A stretch of 64,000 nt of DNA from Calcarisporiella thermophila CBS 279.70 (Eukaryota > Fungi > Calcarisporiellomycota): positions 504,714 through 568,713 of the forward strand of contig NW_027192198.1 of the NCBI RefSeq assembly GCF_041956535.1. The letters run 5' to 3'. Below, piece by piece: positions 53,390 to 64,000 of this stretch. How positions within the stretch are numbered: the stretch's first letter is position 1; the number at the start of each line of letters is the position of its first letter. The notes under the pieces were generated by a model. It was given only the letters and a program-made list of their open reading frames with translations, made no database searches and was not told where the DNA came from. The translations under genes and the position numbers were made by a program.

Positions 53390-55701
53390 TTATTTGATAA
53401 ATTGAAGAACCCGTAGTATAAGTTGCCGTTTTAACTCAATGCTGGTGGTTATATTGTTAGGATCGTGTTCTGGTGGAATACGCCGTTTTTGGAGTCTGGA
53501 GCTCTATATGAGAACTTTAACATGAATCATCGTAATATATTCATTGCAAATGTGTAGTTGCTCACCAATGCTTCTATGGGATATTGTTTCGCCTGGCAAG
53601 ACATTTTCAGTATATTGATGATCCATTCCTCCCAAATAAGATCAAGAAAAGAAGAATGCTCGATAGTCTTCTCCTCAATGGAGGTTTCTGCAATAGTTTT
53701 AGCGCTCTCTACATCCGTTGTTGGAAGAAGCTGGTATAGAGCCAACGCACCGATATACTCTAAAATAAGTGAGAAAACACATCAAAAATATATAAGAATA
53801 CTTAATATTCTATTTTAATCCTTTTACCTTGTAATTTTGTTAGGCAATAAACGGCACGTAACACTAGCTCTGGTTTGCAAAACATAGTAAGCACTTTGCC
53901 ATCGGAAAAATAATCCGACGAAAGGCAAGCTGCCTCAAGAAAGAACCTATAATTCCCCGTTAATATGAATACAATTATTGTTTGAAGCAATCATAAGGAG
54001 TCTTACTTCAAAGCAAACTTATAATCTCCATTGGCAACATATAGATCCATTAAATTAAGTTTTATGGCAAGATCGGTAGGATTAGCTCTGCTCTGCTCCA
54101 GGAATAGTAAAACTAGCGTATCAATCAAGAATGGCACACTTTCTTCGGTCAGGGTTTTGACACCAGCCGTTTGCTCTACTACAGATACCAAGTGATGCAC
54201 TCTATTGTGGAATAAGAACTTCTCAGTAATTAACTAATTAGGGATTGCTAGTGCTTAAGGCTCCCACCGTTTATCCTGAAAAGTTAATGCAGAACTTGAA
54301 TTACAAGTTAAAGCACAAAACGGACCAATACGTTCAAGGTTTATCTAGATAAAAAACAATGTCCAGATTTATTCAACTCATCAAAGGGACACAAAGATAA
54401 AACATATCCCAAACATTTTAAACCTCGAGTTACCTTCAATGCTTCCGATTGCTGTGAGGTACATAGAGCGCCGGCAATTAGACTGCCAAATAAGAGGCGA
54501 ATATTCCAATTTTTGACGCTGAGAATAGCTCTAATAAACGGTTTCTGATAAACAATAAATGTAAATCATATTAAAAACAAATAAATTAAATATCGCGGAA
54601 CTACCTGAGCAGCAGATTCATTTCCATCGGATTCTATAGCACTTATCATTTGGTATACCCATTCGCGAAGTTGAACAAGAGAACCGAGATTGGTGTTTAA
54701 AAGAATATCTAAAACATCTGTATCTTTATAAAAAAAAATACGGGTGAAATCTTCAATTATTATATGTTCCATCGGCAAAAACGAACAAAACAGGAACTGT
54801 GTATATAAATACATACTCTCTACAGCTGAAATATCAATACTGAATTGTCGCAGAGTTTGCAAGAATAATAATAAAGGCGTTGCGGCTTCGCACAACAGTT
54901 TTTGTGAGCTATGGACTAACGGGTAAATAGGAATTTTACTAAAAGCCATAGATATCCCCCAAAATATAGCTTTAAACTAACCTTCCTCGGAGCATGCTTG
55001 AATTGTGGCCAGAAGATATTTCTGGAGTGCATCCCATTCCATAGCATCCAAGCAAAACGCGATCATTCTTCCCTTCAATAAAAAGTATTACCACAATAGA
55101 CTATATCAAAAATATGCAATGCAAACATACCAAAACCGGGGTGTCGAGCACTCCATAATATTCTAAATAGACTGCTATCGACTGAAGTATAGGTGGCACG
55201 CTACTCGCTGTTATACTAGGAAGGTCCTGTTGTTGAGAGATTGCTGCCCCAATACTAGTGGCCAAACGGTATTTTTCCAATATTAATCTTCGTAAGCTGT
55301 CAAGTTCAACATCGGTGAAGAAGTAGTTTGAAGTAAATCCAGGAAGATTTCCAGCATGCTCCAAGAAATTGATTGCCACAACATACTCCTCCTTTTCCGA
55401 GAATATATCAGTTACTTAAAGCGTTGAGATGGGAAAAAATTGAATATACTTTTTCGTAAAGGCTTATTCCGCAAGCAAATTCCAAAAGCGCCGCGTCAGT
55501 ATCCGATATCCCTTCCTATTATAAAAAAGCGATACCACTGCTTCAATATGCTTATTATTATTATTATTCTAACGGAGACAGACCTGTTGAATAAAAGTAT
55601 TAAGATCGCTAAGGTTATTCCAGAGAAGAAGTTTGGATGTATTCTAGTGAGATATACTTGATTAGACGAATTCTTGTTCCCATTATTTGTAAAATTACCA
55701 T
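53390..55701 (-). CDS. INTS8: Integrator complex subunit 8-like helical-repeat protein (5' end uncertain)
   Basis: DLYVANGDYKFALK|FFLEAACLSSDYF..LRAVYCLTKLQ|EYIGALALYQLLPTTD..FLDLIWEEWIINIL..EHDPNN..KRQLILRVLQFIK* resembles the recalled INTS8 C-terminal region. The start could not be fixed. Confidence 0.65.
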
Positions 55702-55988
55702 TCTAAAATACTTGCTCCAGGAATCTTCTTCCTTTTAACCTATTAAGTGTTTTGCTGACTGCTTTCCGAGAGTGGCCAAAATCTTTTGCAGGTTTCCAAA
55801 TCAAGCTTCTAAATATTTAGGCTTTTCAACACAAAGAGCATTTCAGCTGGTCATTTTATTCTTATTATGAATAATTATAGGTCTTTTTTTTAAAAAAATA
55901 TTAAAAATCACCCCATATACTCTTTGATAGTCTCAGTAGAAATCAAATATAAGCTCTTGCCCTTTTTCCAAGCTTTTCTCACGGTATT

Positions 55989-56622
55989 TTAGAGCTCGGA
56001 GTGACGATTAATATCGACCAACTCGACCTCAAACACCAAGGTAGACTTTGGAGGGATTAACGAGCCAAACCCGCCTTCTCCATAGGCTAGATCCGGCGGA
56101 ATAATCAACTTTCGTTGCTCTCCGATACACATACTATTTCGACACAGGGGACGGTCAGTTTTTTTCATTTTTTCATATTGGAAGATAGCTCCTTACTTTT
56201 GTAAGCCTTGATCCCACCCTAAAATTGATCCCATATTATTATCATGCGCGAAAAAGATAAAAAAAAAATGTATACTACACCTTTTATCACTTGACCCATT
56301 CCTAACTGAAATTCTAGTGGTTGATTGCGCGAGCGACTTGAATCGAATTCCTTTCCGGAATCAAAAAGTGTGCCCACATAGTGCATCGAGAGGCGGTCAC
56401 TACGAAGCCCATGTAAAAAAGTTACTCGTATAAATTAAGAATTCCATAAGATTGCGCCCGTGAGCAAAAATGCGATTTTTTTTTTCACCCTTTACGCGAA
56501 CGAATACTGCATTCAGCATCAGGAATCCGCTTTTTGACCCCAATTTGCAGGGATTTGGGTGGCTCTTTGGCTTGGACGAGTGAGACGAATAATGTAAAAG
56601 CAAGGACAACCGAGAATCTCAT
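55989..56622 (-). CDS. FPR2: ER-lumenal FKBP-type peptidyl-prolyl isomerase (FKBP2/Fpr2)
   Basis: Signal peptide, [28 protein letters not shown]|[37 protein letters not shown] and C-terminal HSEL. Confidence 0.95.
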
Positions 56623-56860
56623 TTTTGTCAAGGTGTTCAAGATCCTAAACAGATTAACACGCAACTTTCTTAAAATCGGTATAAATAATTATATAATTTT
56701 CTAAATCTTCTAGCATTAAAGCTCCGATGTAAAAATAAAAATTCTCTATCTCAATTTATTTGACTTTGCCATATTTTGCTCGAGACAATATAATGGGAAG
56801 CAACCAGAATAAAAAGAAGGATATCTTTTAATTATTGACACCATTGAACGAAGCAGCCCT

Positions 56861-59624
56861 TTATTGCTCCTGTTTGACAGAATCATGGATGGCGGTTTCC
56901 TGCATCTCCCACATACTACGATAAACTCCACTTGGTAATCTAAGGAGCTCTTCATGGTGCCCTTGCTCAACCACCTGACCGTCACGCAACACAATGATCT
57001 TGTCTAATATCCAAGAGAAAATGCTTCAGTAAAAATAAAGTGACATGGGCCCAACCAAAATACGCACCAGCATCGGCAATAGTTCGTAGTCTATGTGCAA
57101 CAAATAAGCTTGTTCGACACTTTTGTTGTAAAACCGCTCGGATATTAGCTAATAACTCTTGCTCTGTGTTAGCGTCTAGCGCAGAAGTAGCCTCATCGAA
57201 AAAGAGAATGGGTGGGTCCTTTAGAATAGCACGTGCAAGTGCAATGCGCTGTTTTTCTCCACCTAATATTGAAAGGTGCACAAGCGTTAATTCATACTAA
57301 TATCCATTTTGTACGATGGCCAACCTACCCGACACCATAAGCCCCCGCTCTCCCACTTTGGTCTGATATCCTTCAGGCAACCTTGTAATGACGTCGTGGA
57401 TTCTGGCTTGCTTCGCAGCTCCATACACCTCGTCTTCAGAAGCATCAATTCGCCCATAGCGTATATTGTGATAAATAGTGTTGTTAAAGAGGGCTGTGTC
57501 TTGTGGAACCACTCCAATATTTCGGCGCAGGCTCTCTAGAGTCACTTGGCGCACGTCCTGTCCGTTAATTAGGATCTTGCCGCTTTGAGGGTCATAGAAC
57601 CGGAAAAGTAAGCGGAGGACCGTACTTTTTCCGCAACCACTCGGCCCAACGATTGCCACCTTTTTTCCGTGAGGAATCACAAACGAAACCCCCTTTAGAA
57701 TCGGCCGATCTGGGTGATATCCGAAAACCACGTCCTCAAATCGAATTTCTCCGCCATCAAGAGCCAGGGGTGAAGAATGGGGAGAGTCCTAAAAAATACG
57801 AGCAATATGAAATTGCAGCTACTCTAAGATTGAGGTTCAGTTGACCAAACCTTTATCTTAATATGTGCGTTTTGTAGGTTGAAGAGCGTATCCATGTCGA
57901 TAAGGGATTGGCGCAATTCGCGGTAAACTGACCCTAAGAAATTCAATGGAAGGGAGAGCTGGAAAACAAGTTGGTTGACCATCACTACATCTCCAACCGT
58001 CAATGTCCCTAGGAGCATCAAAGTTAGATATCAAGAATACTCTATTATCCATTCCAAAAGAAAAAGTAGCTAACCCTGGATAACCCCCTGCGCAGCTAAA
58101 AACATCATCACAGTAAGAGCAGTACTAAAAATAACATTTTGCCCGGAATTAAGGAATGAAAGACTCTGAGCAATTTTCAACGAAGAACGCTCGTAATTTG
58201 CTAAAGCCTTGTCGTATTGCTCAGCCTCGAATTTTTCATTATTGAAGTACTTTAGAGTACCATATAAAAGTGAGTATGTGCTCCTATAGATGTGTAGATA
58301 CGCATATGGGTACTACCTTGACTGCTTCGAAGTTGATTAGAGAATCGACTGCAACGGTAGCCGCTTGATTGTCAGCTTTATTTGCTTCTTTGCGGAAGCG
58401 TGTCCTAAAAATAAGCGTTAGTGAAAAAGATATTCACCGACGAGCAGTCATAACTACACACCTCCATGAAGTGGTCTGAACGGTGAATGCAACGTAAGCA
58501 GCCATGGTTGTCAAAGTCACCGCAGCAAATGCTCCTCCGTATTTGCTTGCCTACATAAGGGAAGCCAAATTAAATGTCAGTCATCCTCAATAAAAATAGA
58601 GTCATTCAAGATTTTTCTAACCAAAATGCCGCACACCATAGCGATTTCGAGGGCGGTAGGAATGACATGAAATACCATGGATGACAGCAAAAATGAGATG
58701 CCCCTATGTGACATGATATAAGTATAGATACAGTTAATAAAAAAATCATTGCTATTACTTGGTACCACGATCGATTGCGCGACTCAAGCCTCCGGTTTGC
58801 CGAGATAGATGGAAGCTCATATCCAGTTGATGAAGATGTTCAAATGTCTGTCTCGCTACACGACGGATGGCCGATTGAGCTACGTTTGCAAAAATTGCAT
58901 TGCGTAGCTCCTGGAAAACAGAAGAGCCGATTCGAGCAAGTCCGTCTGTTCATTGGAGTATAAATGAGGAAATAGAGCAGGATGAAGAAGGGGGCAAAGC
59001 CGACTCGCTTACATCCGAGTAACATTGCGCCGGCAACGGCCCACACGGTAGCGTCTTCGGGGATTGGAATGTTCAGCTGATCGATCACTTGCTTGAAGAA
59101 AAATGGAACTTGAACGTTCAGCACCTAAACGCATAGTTTATATCTGTCAGCGTGGAACTATCTATGGTTGAAATCGATTGATAGATATACCTTTCCACTT
59201 ATTAGTAAGCCGAGAGCAATGACGACTCGTATTTTGACGCCTGTGTCATTTTTTGGCCAAATATATCGCATCAAATGCTTTATAATTTGAAGATCGGAAG
59301 CTGTCTTCTCCGCCTTCTCGGGAGCATTGATTGCCTCTTTCGCCTTAACCTCGGGGACTTTCTTTGTGGAGAAAGAGCGGAAAGAGGAGAAACGGGCGCG
59401 AAACGTTGCATTCTTTTTTTCGAAATAAACTGCCAAGTTAGTTAATAAAGGGGAATTAAGAATACCAGGCAACAACGCACATGCTTGGAAAGAGAATTCC
59501 CTGCAACCATTTTCGAACATGAATAGCTCTGGGGCTTAAAATTGCGACCCAACTCGACGGGAACGACCTCCAGGCGTGCATTCGAGGTGAACATCTTTGA
59601 TAACAGTCGGGTTGAGCGAAGCAT
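56861..59624 (-). CDS. ATM1: Mitochondrial Fe-S export ABC half-transporter (ABCB7)
   Basis: Arg/Ser-rich presequence, [54 protein letters not shown] and [16 protein letters not shown]. Confidence 0.97.
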
Positions 59625-61037
59625 GTTTGCCACCTCGTTCTGCTTAATCATCAAATGGTCGTTAATTTACCTTTGCATTTCCGACGACCGAAAAGGCCCT
59701 GTCATTAGCTCGGCCACAAAGCCGGCAAATCGGACTCTTTAAAACCGATCGCAAGCCTAGCCTCAGCATCTATATGAAGGTGACCAAGATGGACGCGTAA
59801 TCCTGCAATGCGAAGTTTTCTCGTCCCACTTTCTCTGCTCTACCGTTTTGACAAATGATTTATTTTATGGAAATGATACAGATAATCTGAAATAGGAAAC
59901 TGGGATTTTCAGAGCCGTTTCTGTCCTGGCCACCACCAACCGAATGCCGCGGGTTCAGATGGAACCGATGAATCTTAACAATGCGTTACCGCCCATTTCG
60001 ACAAATGCTCTGGAATATTCTGAGGCGCTATTAGCTTTGTGTATGTCTGCTCATGAAAAGGGGCGGGGAGCGTCGCGTCCGAATATACCAGCAATAGGAT
60101 TCAGGGTTTCCGGGAGAGGAGCATCGAGACAATGGAAGCGCAACACGCACACTCTCTGGAAGTTGTTAAGCAGGGACATGCTATTGCCTACAATGACATG
60201 GATGCCGAGCCGCCAATTGAACAGGGAGCGCAAAGAGGTGTGAAGCGAGAGGTTAGGGCGTGTGCCAGAAGAGGCTTGGGGCCCCGACAGGCAGAGAGCG
60301 GCTGGGTTGGGGCTTGAGATAGCGTTGGAATGGCAGCTTTGTATTTAATTGCATGCAACTTTGGGAGAGCCTCGAAACCGCCTGAGCCTTGTTTTGTTTT
60401 CCAGCCTGTGGGAAGGGCCGGGGAAGCGCAGGAAGAACAGGTGTGAAATTATTGAGGCAAGTTTTCCTTTTCAAACCGTGGCCCGGGCTGGGCGACAAAC
60501 GAACCTTGATTGTGTGCCGTCATCGGGGCGTTGCGTGGATTTCTTAGCTAATGGCAATAAATAACAAAAGCGTCGCCCGGGCGTGCACAGCAGCAACGCG
60601 CAACCGGGCCCTCGAACCGGTTCGCGCCTGGGCCGCGTATGGCAGGGCGGACTGCCCACGGAAAATTCTGGAGGCACGAGAGATCAGCAGAGCCTCGCGC
60701 TCTCCAACTCGGCACCTCGTGTAACCCTTGCTTGCTCTGCGACTCCGCACAGTCACTCCGAGGCGCTGTCGCCCGGCTCTGAGGCCGCAATCGAACTGAG
60801 CCGAATTCTCAGCGGCTGAATTCCCGGGTCACAGTAGCCCACGCGCATCCTCCAAAGGAGAAAAAGGGCAGAAGTTTACAGCGAGCATTTCGGCCTTTAA
60901 ATATTAAATTCATTTCTTGGAGATACAAATAGAAGCGGAAGCGGTTTTTGCCAGATTTTTATTTGTCCCGTCCAAAAACTTTGCTCCCGCAGAAACCGCA
61001 GGCATCCCCCGGGAATCAGCACTCACAAGGGGAGAGA

Positions 61038-62836
61038 ATGGCCGAGCATGTGTCCTCTTATCAGTTCGCAGCATACCGGCAGCCGAACGATCGACGCAAC
61101 CTGTGGGTCCCAATGTGCCCATTCTTACGATGCCTTTGCGCTGATGTTTTGTCCTCCTCTACCCTCTCTTGATAGCCATTACGATCTCATCTTCCGCCAG
61201 CAGCCGAAGCAGTCGCGTATGTGCGGGATTGGCGAGAAGGGTAAGCCCTCATTTCGTAAGCACCCTGTGACAAATACAAACATGCTTTTCCTTTGTGCTC
61301 TTTAGCCGATCGACGCCCGATCGACCCGCCCCCCATTATTCAGCTCAAGGTTGTCGACCTTGCGGAGAAGAGCCAGGAGAAAAGGTGGGTATGCGCGCGT
61401 AATGGGCCCAGGAATATTCGCATCGTTTCACTCATCTCTCCTCTTTGCAGTGGTTTTCTTCAGAACCCATATTTCTTCATGTATGCCTCGCTAGTGTCCG
61501 AGGATTGCTCCAAAGAGCTTCACCTTTTACCCGATGGAAAAACGCGCACCACCACGGGATCCATGGTTTCTTCTCTCTACCACCTCAAGGACGCAGACAA
61601 TACCGACGCGGCCTTCTTTGTATTTTCCGATATATCCGTGCGAATGGAGGGACGGTATCGACTCAAATTGAGCCTGTTTGAGTTTTTTGGGTACGCCTCA
61701 CCGCTACTAATAACAGGATGGACCCCTTTGTTGACGGGAAATGGTTTGATTTTGCGTTCATCATAGAAATGAGGTGCATCACTGTCGCTCAATCTATTCA
61801 GACGTGTTCACAGTCTATTCTGCAAAAAAATTCCCCGGCATGGAGGGTAAGGCGTGCGCAGTTCCTCATAATTTTCCCAGCGTATACTCACCACACCCAT
61901 CTAGAATCTACCTTTCTATCGCGTTCCTTTGCTGATCAAGGTCTAAAAATACGTATACGCAAGGAGACGAGGGTGCGGCGCCGCCTCTCTAAACGCAAAG
62001 AGACCGAAGGTATAGAAGGCATGGAAAATACCCATCCTCATAAACGGAATCGTAAGCACTCGAGAAGCGACGAAGACTCGGACGAGACGGATGGGCTCGA
62101 TTCGATATCACCCATTGTTTCCGCTAGATCTTTCTCCCCGTCACAGAACTGCGATCCGGTCGAACCTTTCCGACCTGAGCGCTTATCCACCCCTCCTCTA
62201 CCCCATAAACTTCATCCGCAATCGCCTATTTCATCCCATTATCCCAGTTTATCCCCCACTTTACGACCGCTACCATTCCCTACCGTTTCAGAGCGACCTT
62301 ATTTACTCCCCCCAATTTTACCATCTTCTCACGAGCGCAGATACTTTTCCCGGAATGCTTCGGACACTAGCTTGCCTTTACCTTGGACGCCGTATCCCCC
62401 ACTGCATTCTATGCATACTCCATTGGCCAATCTCCCACGCACTCCATTTCCTCGTACCCCTTCTCTCTCGACACAAACCAATCCAACCACTCGAGAAAAT
62501 CTCCACCCCTCTTCCGAATATCAACTGATGAGCCCTGCTCGGCAGCTACCGAATTTTTTCCCTTCATCCTCCTCCCTATTTCCCTCATCATTGGACAGTA
62601 GTACTGAGTACCGACTCTCCTCTGCATTGAACCCCTCCATGTCCCAACCCGGTAGGTTCAATCTCCCGCCACTCAGACCCCAACTATTGCACCAGAACTC
62701 GACTAGGAGAGTTCCAGAATCTACGCCATGGGTGGGAATGGACCAACACACAAAATCCCAGTTCTCAGACATTTCGCAAAATCAATCCACAGCTGAAGCT
62801 GAGTCTCTAAAACTGCCTCCGCTTAAACCTCCTTAA
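61038..62836 (+). CDS. Velvet-domain transcription regulator (VosA-like, Pro/Ser-rich tail)
   Basis: YDLIFRQQPKQSRMCGIGEK|ADRRPIDPPPIIQL, FLQNPYFFMYASL, GSMVSSL, FFVFSDISVRMEGRYRLKLSLFE and YSAKKFPGME|ESTFLSRSFADQGLKIRIRKE. Confidence 0.95.
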
Positions 62837-63309
62837 ACAACATCCCAACGCTTTTCTGGTTCTATTTTTTATTCTTTTATATCACTCATATAAATATCTT
62901 TTTTTTTGACTTCATGGATATTCTTGTTCATATATCAACCCTTTTTATCCATTTTCCTGTAGATAAAGCTTCTACTGGAACATATTAATCACCTTTTTAT
63001 ACTTTTAGTTACTTACAGTTAGTTTAAATTCCAAATTAATTCCCCATTTTTTTTAAAAAAAAAAAAGTGAATTGCTTTTTTGGTATTTTATATAACCGCG
63101 TTTAAGTGTAAACTAGTTTTCTGCTTTTACTTTTTAGAGTCTAAAATTTATAAATCGATGCAGTGGATATCAAACGAATGCAACTCTATTTCATTTTTGG
63201 ATGATCCGAATCAGAAACAATTCTGATAAAATCACATCTTCACTTCGTAACGTTGCCAGACTTTTGCGATCATTATTCAAACTTATAACATTAGTTTGTT
63301 TTTAAAATA

Positions 63310-64000
63310 ATGCCAGCATCCTCACTACTCCTAGAAAATCATGCCACCGTCCTCACATTTGATTTTGAAGAATTCATCAAAACCGAGCTTGGACTCGATC
63401 TAAACAAAGAATTTAACCGATCTGGTACATTATAAGATCTAATCTTTTCTCTGATTTTCTTTTTTTCCCCCGTACTAATAGTTCCTTAAAAATGCAGAGG
63501 AAGTATGTCGGTTCTATATTAAGGGGCAGTGTCAACGCGGCTCGGCCTGTCCTAATCGCCATGGTCTCCCCCGAGAGAAAGCAGTGGTTTGTAAGCACTG
63601 GCTCCGTGGTCTATGTAAAAAAGGCGAGCAGTGCGAATTCTTGCACGAATATAATTTACGCAAGATGCCCGAATGTTGGTTTTATTCAAAGTATGGAGAG
63701 TGCTGCAATGGAGACGAATGCATGTATCAACACATTGATCCGGATAATAAGGCAAAGGAATGTCCTTGGTATGCAAGAGGATTCTGCAAACATGGTAATG
63801 TTTTTCTTCAGAGATGATTTTCATCACTTGCTAATATGTTTATTGATATGAGTAGGGCCACACTGTCGTAATAAGCATATTAGGGCGATAGCTTGCCAGA
63901 ATTATTTAACTGGATTTTGTCCCCTTGGGCCTGAGTGTCCCAATGGTCATCCAAAGTATGAGCTACCAAAGTTGGAGAATGAGGTAACCAGCTCATCCAA
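63310..64000 (+). CDS. YTH1: CPSF30/Yth1 CCCH zinc-finger polyadenylation factor (runs off window end)
   Basis: FDFEEFI, then five CCCH fingers including VCKHWLRGLCKKGEQCEFLHEY and CPWYARGFCKH|GPHC. Confidence 0.96.

Noticed and set aside
59944-60819. Several 60-99 aa ORFs between ATM1 and velvet
   Set aside because: Short, overlapping on both strands in GC-rich DNA, with no recognisable domains.

Overview
Eukaryotic, intron-rich, gene-dense DNA from an early-diverging fungus (Mucoromycota/Zoopagomycota-like: velvet and NDT80 transcription factors together with Integrator subunits and UDP-xylose synthase; short introns of roughly 50-100 nt). Manual splicing gives about 26 protein-coding loci. 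In order: NDT80-family TF, myosin II heavy chain, PPM1/LCMT1, a degenerate GTP cyclohydrolase II, MCD4/PIGN, M14 carboxypeptidase, bHLH-ZIP TF, SDR, GalE, BAP31, a GPI-anchored Ser/Thr-rich protein, Prp24/SART3, RPS28, UXS1, a hypothetical protein, NTH1, a UBZ+MLR protein, a CBS/PB1 protein, INTS2, CARNMT1, riboflavin synthase, INTS8, FKBP2, ATM1, a velvet protein and a partial YTH1/CPSF30. There is also a chromovirus (Ty3/gypsy) relic and an acyl-CoA oxidase relic. Most notable: (1) a stand-alone 297-aa 'mini-SLX4' with only animal-type UBZ fingers and the XPF-binding MLR region; (2) two Integrator subunits about 3.3 kb apart, with INTS8 apparently N-terminally shortened; (3) a structured RPS28 intron with a possible cassette exon; (4) GC-rich domains centred on the two developmental TF loci. 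All exon boundaries and family assignments were made by eye, without database searches.
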